A DNA stretch of 64,000 nucleotides from IMG/VR virus record IMGVR_UViG_3300043449_002510, positions 1 to 64,000 of that record. One strand, written 5' to 3'. This document shows, in pieces, positions 17,551-27,009 of this stretch. Source of the DNA: a virus. The notes under the pieces were generated by a model. It did not search any database and was not told the DNA's origin. It worked only from the letters and a program-made list of their open reading frames with translations. Within the stretch, counting starts at the first letter, position 1; each line of letters opens with the position of its first letter. The position numbers and the translations under genes were made by a program.

Positions 17551-19395
17551 ATGTCTGCTGGCTTAAAATTGCAGGGTCAATTTAGATTTGATTTATATGA
17601 TATAAGCGGAAATTTATTAAAGAGTCATGACTATGTAAATAATTTCATAACTAATTCTGGATTAGTTTATCCTCTTCATTTCGCATTTGCAGACTGTTTT
17701 CGTTTTTTAAGCGTTGGGTCAGGAGATGCACAAAATTCAATAATTGACTTGGGAACAACTGGATTAGATATACCAATTCCAGAACTTTCTTATGTTGGAA
17801 GTAGAAACGACTTTTATAATTCTAATTCCACAAATTACGCTCCAGTTCCTTCTTGTGGTTATAGGTTTCCAAATTCAAACATCGTTGAATTATATAGAGG
17901 ATGGACTTTGCCAAATAATTCGGGGGGAGAAGATGGAGTATTTAAAACTGAAGGAACTTTTAAAGAATTTATGGTTACTCCCGGTAGACCATACGAAACT
18001 GGAGAGAATGGAGTAAAATATTGTTCCTGTAACGAACCTTTCCAAATAGGGAAAGATTGCTCTTCTATTGCTGATTATTATGTTTATGTAAGTAGTTTAA
18101 ATTCAAAAAGATTGAATATTTGCGATGCGACAAATGCATTTGCAAGAGTTGTTTTAAATGATCCAATTAATTATGTTTCAGGAAGTGTTTTAAATGTAAC
18201 TTATAAATTAACTATATCTATAAACACTGGTTTACGTTATCAAGAAATGTATTATTCTAATCCTGGATCAGAAAATTTTAATGGAAATTGGAGTCTTGTA
18301 CAAGGAATAACTCAACCCGGAATAAAATTAATAAATGACGGATTTATAAATAGCAAACAGCCATACGCTCCAAATAATCAGTTAAGATTACAACATTTCA
18401 AATATGATAATTCAAGTTATGTGTATGATTTTACAAAGGAATATGGAGAATCTTTTATTCCTGCTCATGGAATTCCATTAGAGCCCTCTATTCATAATTT
18501 TCCAGAAGCCAACGAAAATGGAATTAACTCTTTTCATAGTATAGTTTATTATTTTTCTCAAGATAATATCCAATTTTTAGTTTCAGAAAGCGGTGGAAAA
18601 TTTAATCAAACAGGAGAATTTGCCCCTTGGAATATCTATTCGTCTGGAAAAATTTATTCTTCTGGAGATTATGCTTATACTGGAAATCTCACATACAAAT
18701 ATATAAATCAAACTTCTGCATCTGGAATTCCATTTGAAAGTGGAACACATTGGGAAAATTTAGGATATTTAAAAGTGATTTCTGTTTTAAATAGTGGAAT
18801 AAAAAAATACAAAAATGACACAGAAAAAGCTTTATCTGATTCATATTTATATTGGTATAACAATCCAAGCGAATTTAACATTAGATATAATAATAAAAAA
18901 ATACCTTATTTTGAAAACGTTTTACAAGAAGTTAATTTTTCAAATTCTCCCGCAAGGAATTTCAGCAGAGGTGGAGTTTTAACTGGTTTTAATGTAAGCG
19001 AAAGAACTGTTGTTTTAAACAGGGCAATTAACTTTTTCCAATATCCTTTTGCTCAAGATTTTTATATTAAAAGTTTCGTGGCGGCTTACAGAGATGCACC
19101 AATTGGAGTAAACAATGGTTATGGTGGCGGAGATAGCGGTAATTTTATACCGTTTTTAGATTGTATATTTTCAGGAAGTGGAGAAAATATTTTTATTCCA
19201 CAAGTTATAACTGGTCAGAAAGATTATGATCCAGATTTCGAAGTATATAATGATACTGGCGCTTTTATTTCAGGATCAAATAGTAATGAATATTTTTATT
19301 TAAATTCCAATATTCCAAAATATCCAATATTAACTCCTACATTAAAATGGAGTTCAAATTGTCCTTCAAGTGTATTAGGATGTCCTTCTTCATAA
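17551..19395 (+). CDS. Putative virion structural protein, paralog of 14772-17546
   Basis: Shared L.G....D.Y, N.ITN.GL.YP....FA.CF.FLS.GS, YRGWT.P, FMV.P, TY.L.I motifs. Confidence 0.6.
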   Translation: MSAGLKLQGQFRFDLYDISGNLLKSHDYVNNFITNSGLVYPLHFAFADCFRFLSVGSGDAQNSIIDLGTTGLDIPIPELSYVGSRNDFYNSNSTNYAPVPSCGYRFPNSNIVELYRGWTLPNNSGGEDGVFKTEGTFKEFMVTPGRPYETGENGVKYCSCNEPFQIGKDCSSIADYYVYVSSLNSKRLNICDATNAFARVVLNDPINYVSGSVLNVTYKLTISINTGLRYQEMYYSNPGSENFNGNWSLVQGITQPGIKLINDGFINSKQPYAPNNQLRLQHFKYDNSSYVYDFTKEYGESFIPAHGIPLEPSIHNFPEANENGINSFHSIVYYFSQDNIQFLVSESGGKFNQTGEFAPWNIYSSGKIYSSGDYAYTGNLTYKYINQTSASGIPFESGTHWENLGYLKVISVLNSGIKKYKNDTEKALSDSYLYWYNNPSEFNIRYNNKKIPYFENVLQEVNFSNSPARNFSRGGVLTGFNVSERTVVLNRAINFFQYPFAQDFYIKSFVAAYRDAPIGVNNGYGGGDSGNFIPFLDCIFSGSGENIFIPQVITGQKDYDPDFEVYNDTGAFISGSNSNEYFYLNSNIPKYPILTPTLKWSSNCPSSVLGCPSS

Positions 19396-19425
19396 TTTAA
19401 ATTTTAAGTGTAATTATATTAAATT

Positions 19426-20961
19426 ATGAATTTTAAGAATCTGCCATTTAGACAATCATTTTCGTCTGTCGTAAAGCCAGTTGTTTCTAAAGAAAAGGAT
19501 GAATTACTTGCCATCGCTTCATTAAACGAGCTTTCTCATTTTATACCTAACATAGATGCCTCTCAGCACATTGACCTTCTTCCAATAGCTTTTAATGCTT
19601 GTGTCGTTAATAGAGTAAATAAAAATGGAGATGTTATAAATACAGAGACAGCTTTAGCTATTTATAAAAATTTTATTAATAAATTCATTGACACAGAGCA
19701 CAATAGACAAAAGGTAATCGGAGTTATTTTAACTTCTTCGTTGAGCGAATTTGGAACAGATAAGCCATTAACAGAAAGTGAAGTAATTGGAACAGATAGA
19801 CCATTTAATATTACATTAGGTGGAGTGGTTTGGAAAGCTGTTAATGAAAATCTTTGTGATTTAATTGAAGAATCTAATGACCCAACTTCAGAACATTATT
19901 TAAATATAGCAGCCAGTTGGGAATTAGGATTTTCTGGATATAAAATTATTGAACTTGAAGCTGGAGAAAAAAATTTAGTAAATCCAGTAGAAATAACTGA
20001 TCCAGAACACAAAGAAACTATTAAAAAATATTTAAAATGCTTTGGTGGAGTTGGTGTTAAAGATGGAAAAAATTATTATCGTATGCCTCATGAAGATGTT
20101 ATACCCATGGGAGTCGCTCTAACTGAAAAACCAGCGGCAGATGTTGTCGGTGTTGCCATAAATAAAACTGAAACAAATGCTAGCATTTCTGAAGTTAATG
20201 CCAGTTCATCAGAAGAAAATATTTCACATTTAAATAAAAATAATGTAAATCAAGAAAGAATAACTATTATGAAAATTACGTCCATTCAAGATATAACCGA
20301 CGAGAATTTAAAGCAATGTACTGCTTCAGCAGTTACAGAATTCATTGCTTCTGAAATTAAAAAAGCTAGCGAAGTTTATGCAACTGAGAAAGCTGAAAAA
20401 GAAGATATGCATAAGAAATTGCAATCTCAACACGAAGAGCTTTCCAAAAGTGTTGCGCAAATGCAAGATGTAATTGCAGCTCTTAATAAAGAAAAAGAAG
20501 AGCGTGTCGCAATGGATACTTTTAATGCTCGCATGGGAGAAGTTTGTGGTAAATATGATCTTCCTCATGACGTAGCCAAAGTTGTCGCTGAAGATGTTAA
20601 ATCTTGCGCCAATGAAGACATGTATGCCACTTGGCAATCTAAGGCTGAAGCTCTTCTTAGACCTTATTTAAAGAAGGCTAAAGCTGAAGATATGGAAGTA
20701 GAAGCATCTGCCTCCACTGAAAATAATTCAGAAACTAAAGTTGAGAAGACTGAAGAATCTAAGGCTTCCGTTGAACAATCAAAAGAAGAGATTAAGGAAG
20801 AAAAGAAAGAGGAAGCTATTGCAAATGTTGTCGAAGAAGTTTTAGACAATGCAAAAGAAGAAAAAGCTGGGGTTCCAAATACTTCTAGCGCGAGTGCGCC
20901 GGGATTAAAAGAAAGATTCCAAGCCGCTTTTGCTGAAGAAAATTTTGTTATTAAATTATAA
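19426..20961 (+). CDS. Prohead protease fused to scaffold
   Basis: NKNGD, IDTEH and ASWEL motifs; acidic coiled-coil C-terminal half; upstream of decoration and capsid genes. Confidence 0.75.
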   Translation: MNFKNLPFRQSFSSVVKPVVSKEKDELLAIASLNELSHFIPNIDASQHIDLLPIAFNACVVNRVNKNGDVINTETALAIYKNFINKFIDTEHNRQKVIGVILTSSLSEFGTDKPLTESEVIGTDRPFNITLGGVVWKAVNENLCDLIEESNDPTSEHYLNIAASWELGFSGYKIIELEAGEKNLVNPVEITDPEHKETIKKYLKCFGGVGVKDGKNYYRMPHEDVIPMGVALTEKPAADVVGVAINKTETNASISEVNASSSEENISHLNKNNVNQERITIMKITSIQDITDENLKQCTASAVTEFIASEIKKASEVYATEKAEKEDMHKKLQSQHEELSKSVAQMQDVIAALNKEKEERVAMDTFNARMGEVCGKYDLPHDVAKVVAEDVKSCANEDMYATWQSKAEALLRPYLKKAKAEDMEVEASASTENNSETKVEKTEESKASVEQSKEEIKEEKKEEAIANVVEEVLDNAKEEKAGVPNTSSASAPGLKERFQAAFAEENFVIKL

Positions 20962-20990
20962 AAAACAAACAAAAAACAAGGAGATAAATT

Positions 20991-21548
20991 ATGCCATTAT
21001 TAAAACCATTTAGAGATTACAGCGAAAAGGATGTAATCAATCTTTATACCTTTTCTGGACAAACATCCAAAGAACAAATTATCAACAAGGGTACCCTTGT
21101 TAAGGTTGTTGGAGAAGGATGGAGACCAGATGTTGAGCCAACTGAGTTGCTTGGCAGCTATGGTGATTTTAGCGTAAACAACGTTCAAGCTCAACGCTAT
21201 GGAACACCAGCTAAAGTTACTTTTTGCGGAACCGGCGCAACTGATTATCCAATCGGATTAACACTTTTTGATATTCGTGAGCTTGATGAAAACGGTATTC
21301 CACTCAAGTATAACCCACGTAAAGCTGCTGAATTAGAGGCTTGTATTTCTGGTCAAACAGTTCCAATTGTTACCCATGGTATTTTCCTTTATAGCGGTTT
21401 AACTGGAGCAATAACCCCAGGAGCCCCAATTTATGCTGAAACAAACGGCGGAATTTCTGCCACTCAAAAGGGTAGCGGAAAACAAGTAGGCGTTGCACTT
21501 GGCGTCACTGGAGTCGATGGTTCATGCTTAATCAGACTTAGCTTATAA
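20991..21548 (+). CDS. Head decoration/cement protein
   Basis: Small G-rich beta protein between scaffold and capsid genes; SD AAGGAG. Confidence 0.65.
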   Translation: MPLLKPFRDYSEKDVINLYTFSGQTSKEQIINKGTLVKVVGEGWRPDVEPTELLGSYGDFSVNNVQAQRYGTPAKVTFCGTGATDYPIGLTLFDIRELDENGIPLKYNPRKAAELEACISGQTVPIVTHGIFLYSGLTGAITPGAPIYAETNGGISATQKGSGKQVGVALGVTGVDGSCLIRLSL

Positions 21549-21575
21549 TTTAAATAAAAATAAAGGAGACAATTT

Positions 21576-22766
21576 ATGGAAATCAAATTAAAAAATACAC
21601 CAGAGCAAGTAGAGCTTATCAAGGCAATGGGTTCAAAGAACTCTGCCGTTGCCCGTGAAGCTACTGAAGCAATTGCCGCTTTCTTAGCGCCAGTTGTCAA
21701 GAAAGTTCTTTTAACTGCTGGAACAGCCTCCACAGTTTATCGCGATGTTGAATTCGATGAGGATTCTGATCCTTCGATTCCACTCGATCTTTTCTACAAT
21801 GAAGGAGCTGGATATGTTACCGTTTGGAGCCAAACCCAAGCTGGTGGACTTCCAACTTCGCAAGTAGAAGGCATGAAGGAAGTTAAGTTCGGTACTTACC
21901 GCCTTGACTCTGCCGTTTCTTTCAACAAAAAGTATGCTCGTAAGAGCCGCCTCGATGTTGTAAGCAAAGCTATTGAGCGTATGGTTAACGAAGTTCTCGT
22001 TAAGCAAGAGCGCAATGCTTGGGCAGTTATTCTCAAGGCTCTTGCCGAAGCTTCTACTCCAATTTATGCTGGTGCCGCTGGAACTACTGCCGCAACTTAT
22101 CAACATACAATCAACTCTGTTGCTTTAAAGAAGTTCCTTTTACAAGATTTAAATAATCTTATTGTTCGTATTAAGAGAATTAATGAATCTTACTCTGGAA
22201 ACACCCCAATTCAACCATATTCTCATGGTATTACTGATTTGTATGTTTCTCCAGAAGTTAAGGCTCAAATTCGCGCTTTTGCTTATAATCCAATTGCTAC
22301 TGATGGCAGTGCAGATAGTTTAGCAAAAACTCAATTCTTAAGTGATAATCTCCGTGATGAGATTTTCAAGAGCGCTGGTATGCAAAGCATTTATGGGGTT
22401 AATATCGTTGAATTAGTCGAATTTGGTCTTAGCCAAAAATATAATACTTTATTCGGTACATTCACAAATGCTACTAATCAAAATGGTGGATCAGGAGTAT
22501 ATGATACAGATCCTGGAGATGGTGGAAAATGGACAAGTACTTCAGGTTCTCAAATCTGTGTCGGTATTGATAATACTCGCGGAGCTTACGTTCGTCCAGT
22601 TGCTGTTCAAGCTGAGTCAGGTGGAACATTCTCTGTTCTTCCAGATGGTCAATTTGATATGTATGGATCCAGAGTCCAAAAGGTTGGATTCTACGGCTTC
22701 CTCGAAGAAGGTCGTGTTTGTTTAGATGCCCGTTCTACAGTCGGCATCATAATCAACGAAGCTTAA
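21576..22766 (+). CDS. Major capsid protein (HK97 fold)
   Basis: Size, synteny, SD AAGGAG, downstream terminator, DLYVSPE motif. Confidence 0.85.
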   Translation: MEIKLKNTPEQVELIKAMGSKNSAVAREATEAIAAFLAPVVKKVLLTAGTASTVYRDVEFDEDSDPSIPLDLFYNEGAGYVTVWSQTQAGGLPTSQVEGMKEVKFGTYRLDSAVSFNKKYARKSRLDVVSKAIERMVNEVLVKQERNAWAVILKALAEASTPIYAGAAGTTAATYQHTINSVALKKFLLQDLNNLIVRIKRINESYSGNTPIQPYSHGITDLYVSPEVKAQIRAFAYNPIATDGSADSLAKTQFLSDNLRDEIFKSAGMQSIYGVNIVELVEFGLSQKYNTLFGTFTNATNQNGGSGVYDTDPGDGGKWTSTSGSQICVGIDNTRGAYVRPVAVQAESGGTFSVLPDGQFDMYGSRVQKVGFYGFLEEGRVCLDARSTVGIIINEA

Positions 22767-22787
22767 TTATAAAATTAAAACATCGAC

Positions 22788-22819
22788 AAACGGGGAGCCT
22801 AAAAACTCCCCGTTTTTTT
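22788..22819 (+). terminator. Rho-independent terminator
   Basis: AAACGGGGAG-cctaaaaa-CTCCCCGTTTTTTT. Confidence 0.9.
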
Positions 22820-22865
22820 ATTTTCATTTTAAACAAAAACAACTATAATAAATAAAGGATAAAAT

Positions 22866-23219
22866 ATGCCCAAAAAGAAAAACCAAAAATTAAACTCTCT
22901 TTCTCAAACTCATGCCAAAGTTGAAACTAAAGAATTAACTTCTCTTGATCAGGTATGGGGATTTAATGAACTTTCAAGATATGGCACTCTTGATGAAAAT
23001 GAATATCAACAACGTCTCATAAATATGACTCGTTCAGATTTGGAAAATCATGCCCGCAGTATGGGCGCTCTTGTTGTGGAAAGTTCTGACAGATTAAGAG
23101 ATCTTCTTTTAAAACAATTTCGCGCTTATATTCTTTCTTTAAATAAGCCAGCTTCTCAAAATCCATCTAAAACTAAATTATCTCCAGAAGCCGAAAAAGT
23201 TTTACGAGAAGGTCGCTAA
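22866..23219 (+). CDS. Hypothetical protein, 117 aa
   Basis: ORF track; SD-like AAGGA. Confidence 0.75.
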   Translation: MPKKKNQKLNSLSQTHAKVETKELTSLDQVWGFNELSRYGTLDENEYQQRLINMTRSDLENHARSMGALVVESSDRLRDLLLKQFRAYILSLNKPASQNPSKTKLSPEAEKVLREGR

Positions 23220-23250
23220 TATTTATACTATTTTAGTGTAAATATAAAAT

Positions 23251-26200
23251 ATGGCGACTTATGACAGTACAGTAAGGCTAAGGCAGTTAAATAAACCAGA
23301 ACTTTCAGGATATATAGTAGAAGTAATAGGAGAAATTCCTAATACTGGAAATTTAACTGGTTCATTTTATCCATTAAACTCTAATCCAAGTGGGTTTGTT
23401 ACAACTAGTCAAACTGGGGATTTTATAACTCAAATTGATTTAGATAGTAATTATTACAATACATTAGTTTATGTAGGTCAAAATTATTATCCATCAAATA
23501 ATCCAAGTGGATATGTCGCTAATTTATCTCCAATAGTTTATGCAACTGGAAATCAAACGATTTCTGGTGTTAAAAATTTTAATTCTCGCCCCCTTGTAAA
23601 TGGAGTCCCAGTTTTGATTTATGGAGAGGGTTCTGGATCCGGATCTCTTTCTGGAGCAGTTTTATTGGTAGGAGATCAAACAATTAGTGGAGTAAAAACA
23701 TTTGCAAATCAAGTCAATGTTTTAGGAAGTTTTGTCGTAGGAAATCAAATATTTGAAGTAGATAATGTAGGAAATGTATCAATTCTTGACACAGTAATTG
23801 ATCAAAATTCTTTTCAATTTACAAATGGATCATCTTTTAATATTTTAGGAATAAGTGGGACTTCAATACAACTTTATGAAAGTTTGATTACTGGATTTAA
23901 AAATATTTCAGCTACAAATATTTATAAAAGTGGATATCCAGTTATAGCCTCAAATCAATTGACTGGCGGAACTGGAATAAAAATAGAACAAATAAACAAT
24001 CTCATAAAAATTTCTGTAACTGGAATTCAAGGGGGTAGCACAGTTGTTTCAGGAATTCAAAACGTTGTCTATACAACTGGTCAACAGATAATAAGTGGAG
24101 CAAAAACTTTTGTTAATCAAATAAATATTCCTTCTTTAGATGAAAATTCAATGCTCATTGCTGTCCCTGGGGCTATTACTATTTATGATAGCACTTTAAG
24201 TAAAAATATTTTTGAATTTGATGAAATTGGTGAAAGCTTTAATCTTTTTGGAAAAGACTATACAGCAATTAAACTTTATGACAAAATAATTACAGGTTTT
24301 AATAATGTTTCATCAAAAGACATAGAAGTAACTGGAAATTTATATGTAAGCGGAAATATTATTGGAGGAAATGTTCAAAATGTCGTTTTTACAACTGGTC
24401 AACAAACGATAAGTGGTTATAAAACTTTTAATAGCGGAGCAAATTTCTTAACAGCACTTTATTACAACAGTAATCAAGTAGTTACTGGAAGTGTAGTGCG
24501 TCCGTCTGATATTTCTGATGTTGTATATTTAACTGGAGTTCAAACAATAACTGCGCAAAAGAACTTTTCTAATGGAGCTAATTTTTCTGGAAGGCTTCAA
24601 CTCAGTGGAAATTCAGTAATTACTGGTGCCGAAAATTTAGGGAATGGAGAAAAAATATTTACGGGAATAAATAGTAAAAGCGAAATAAAATTAAGAACTT
24701 TGAGGGCCGGTAGTGGAATAAGAATAACTGGAAATTCAAATGAATTATTTATTGATTTTACTGGATCATTTTCTGGTGAAATAGTTATTCCTCCTGTAGA
24801 AAATGTGGTTTATACAACAAATGTGAATCAAACAATTAGTGGAGAAAAAACTTTTGTTGGAAAATTAATCACCAATCAAATATATAATAATTCTTCTAAT
24901 TATGTTTATTCAAATTACATAGGAACAAATGCTGGAATTGGAGATATTTCGGCGACAAATTATAATTCAAATTATATTGGATATTATTCTGCAAATAATA
25001 ATTATGGAACAAATGATTACTCTAATATAATTGGTAACTTTGCAGGAGCAAATTCTTATTATTTAGATAATTCAAATTATATAGGAAATTATGCGGGATA
25101 TTATACATTTGAATGTTTTTATTCTAATTTTATAGGATCAAATGCTGGGGCAAATTCTGTAAGTTGTAATTTTTCTAATTTCATTGGAAATGATGCTGGT
25201 GTTAATGCTAACACTTGCCAGCTTTCAAATTTTATAGGATATAGGGCTGGATATGATACAGATTTATCTGATCATTCTAATTTTATAGGAAGAGAAGCGG
25301 GAGTTAGTGCTGATCAAAGTAATGACTCTAATTTTATTGGAACTAAAGCCGGATATTTAGGATTAAATTCTTCAAAATCAAATTTTATAGGTTATAGTGC
25401 TGGAGAGTCTGCTTTAAATGCAAAAAATAGCATCTTTATAGGAACAAATGCTGGATACAGCAATAATTTAAATAATGGAGAAAATGATTTTTCGATATTA
25501 ATTGGTAATTATACAAGCGGCAAGAAAAATAGTATTGCAATAGGTCAAGGTGCAGCTAATAGTTATGAAAAACAATTAAACATTGGAAATGTCATATATG
25601 CTAGTGGAATAAATACTGGAATAAATCCATCTTCTTCTCCAGCTTTAGGAAGAGTTGGCGTTCTAGTTGAAAGTCCACTTTATACTTTAGATGTTAATGG
25701 TTCTGGAAATTTTAGAAGCGGACTTTTTGTTAGTGGAATTTCGGTATTAACTGGAATAAATACTAGTTCATTTATAACTACAAGTCAAACTGGTAATTTT
25801 GTAAATCTTAATACTTCGCAAGTTATAAGCGGAATTAAAACATTTTTAACGGGAGTTGTTGTAAGCGGAGTCTTATCTGGAAAAAATATTATTAGTGAGA
25901 ATCGGGGATATGGTGCTGGAATTTACACATTCCAAAAAGAATTATCATCAAATACTAGTGGAGATATTTTTAAAATTGAAAATCTTGGTATTGATTATTC
26001 TAGTATAGTATGTGATGTAATGATTAATTCTTCATGGTATGTTGGCAAAAAATATTCAGTTATATATAATCCGTTAAACTTAGATGGTCCTGCTACATCT
26101 TCTTTGACTTTAAATAATGGCCCAATCACAAGCATTGGTTATACACATGATTTTGATGTAAAATTTCAAGGACTATACGCCGGAAATGGGTTTAAAATGA

Positions 26201-26301
26201 ATATAAAAAATACCGGTAATTATCCTCAACCAACAAATTATTTGATTACATTATTTTTGGGAGGTATTTACGACAGATTAAATGTAACAGATTATTCTTA
26301 A
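23251..26301 (+). CDS. Fibre/adhesin protein with VYTTGxQTISGxKTF repeats and a 14-aa beta-roll repeat block
   Basis: Repeats visible in translation; SN[FY]IGxxAG block at ~24910-25460. Confidence 0.75.
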   Translation: MATYDSTVRLRQLNKPELSGYIVEVIGEIPNTGNLTGSFYPLNSNPSGFVTTSQTGDFITQIDLDSNYYNTLVYVGQNYYPSNNPSGYVANLSPIVYATGNQTISGVKNFNSRPLVNGVPVLIYGEGSGSGSLSGAVLLVGDQTISGVKTFANQVNVLGSFVVGNQIFEVDNVGNVSILDTVIDQNSFQFTNGSSFNILGISGTSIQLYESLITGFKNISATNIYKSGYPVIASNQLTGGTGIKIEQINNLIKISVTGIQGGSTVVSGIQNVVYTTGQQIISGAKTFVNQINIPSLDENSMLIAVPGAITIYDSTLSKNIFEFDEIGESFNLFGKDYTAIKLYDKIITGFNNVSSKDIEVTGNLYVSGNIIGGNVQNVVFTTGQQTISGYKTFNSGANFLTALYYNSNQVVTGSVVRPSDISDVVYLTGVQTITAQKNFSNGANFSGRLQLSGNSVITGAENLGNGEKIFTGINSKSEIKLRTLRAGSGIRITGNSNELFIDFTGSFSGEIVIPPVENVVYTTNVNQTISGEKTFVGKLITNQIYNNSSNYVYSNYIGTNAGIGDISATNYNSNYIGYYSANNNYGTNDYSNIIGNFAGANSYYLDNSNYIGNYAGYYTFECFYSNFIGSNAGANSVSCNFSNFIGNDAGVNANTCQLSNFIGYRAGYDTDLSDHSNFIGREAGVSADQSNDSNFIGTKAGYLGLNSSKSNFIGYSAGESALNAKNSIFIGTNAGYSNNLNNGENDFSILIGNYTSGKKNSIAIGQGAANSYEKQLNIGNVIYASGINTGINPSSSPALGRVGVLVESPLYTLDVNGSGNFRSGLFVSGISVLTGINTSSFITTSQTGNFVNLNTSQVISGIKTFLTGVVVSGVLSGKNIISENRGYGAGIYTFQKELSSNTSGDIFKIENLGIDYSSIVCDVMINSSWYVGKKYSVIYNPLNLDGPATSSLTLNNGPITSIGYTHDFDVKFQGLYAGNGFKMNIKNTGNYPQPTNYLITLFLGGIYDRLNVTDYS

Positions 26302-26358
26302 AATAAAAATATATTTTCGTTTGTTTTTTTATAAAATATATAGTGTAATTAAAAATAT

Positions 26359-26613
26359 ATGAATATTGAATCAAAAACAATAACAGACTCAAGAACAATA
26401 AACATGACTTTCACTTTAAATACTTTGAGTGATTTTCATGTAACTAGCGACGATCCCTTTAGGAAGATTTTAAGAGTCTCTCTTAGCGAAGCTAACCCTC
26501 CCCAACAAGTATCAGTCACAGGTAATGATTATGATACCCTCGGCCAATGGACTGATCAATCATTAAACGACTATTTAATAAACAAGTATGGATTAGTTGT
26601 AATTAATCCATAA
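26359..26613 (+). CDS. Hypothetical protein, possible fibre chaperone
   Basis: ORF track; preceded by GTGTAA motif. Confidence 0.6.
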   Translation: MNIESKTITDSRTINMTFTLNTLSDFHVTSDDPFRKILRVSLSEANPPQQVSVTGNDYDTLGQWTDQSLNDYLINKYGLVVINP

Positions 26614-26663
26614 TCTTAATAAAAAAATAAACAGTAATATACGTTTGCCGTGTAATTATATAT

Positions 26664-27005
26664 ATGGCAAACGTATATGATATTTCTATAGAGCAGGGGT
26701 CTAGTTTTAACTTAACTTTAACTGCTAAAGATTCCAATGGAACACCTCTTAATCTTAGTGGTTATAATGCTAGAGGATGGATGAAGTATGGATATGGTTC
26801 TACCGGATATCTTATAAATTTAAATCCAATTGTTCATCCGAGTTATATTAGTGGTTTAATAACAGTTTCTCTTTCAGCTTCTGGGACTTCATCTTTGCCA
26901 GTTACAAAAGCTGTATATGATATTGAAGTATATAACGAAAATAATTATACATTCAAAGCGATAAGAGGATACGCAAACATAATTCCAGAAGTAACCAATT
27001 TCTAA
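26664..27005 (+). CDS. Small Ig-like virion adaptor (BppU N-terminal-like)
   Basis: DISIEQGSSF..., PLNLSGY, G.ITVSLSA..T..L, AVYDIEV pattern. Confidence 0.6.
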   Translation: MANVYDISIEQGSSFNLTLTAKDSNGTPLNLSGYNARGWMKYGYGSTGYLINLNPIVHPSYISGLITVSLSASGTSSLPVTKAVYDIEVYNENNYTFKAIRGYANIIPEVTNF

Positions 27006-27009
27006 AATT

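Noticed and set aside
7524-22766. Inteins or introns in terminase, portal or capsid genes
   Set aside because: Sizes are ordinary, and no intein C...HN ends or LAGLIDADG/HNH motifs were seen.
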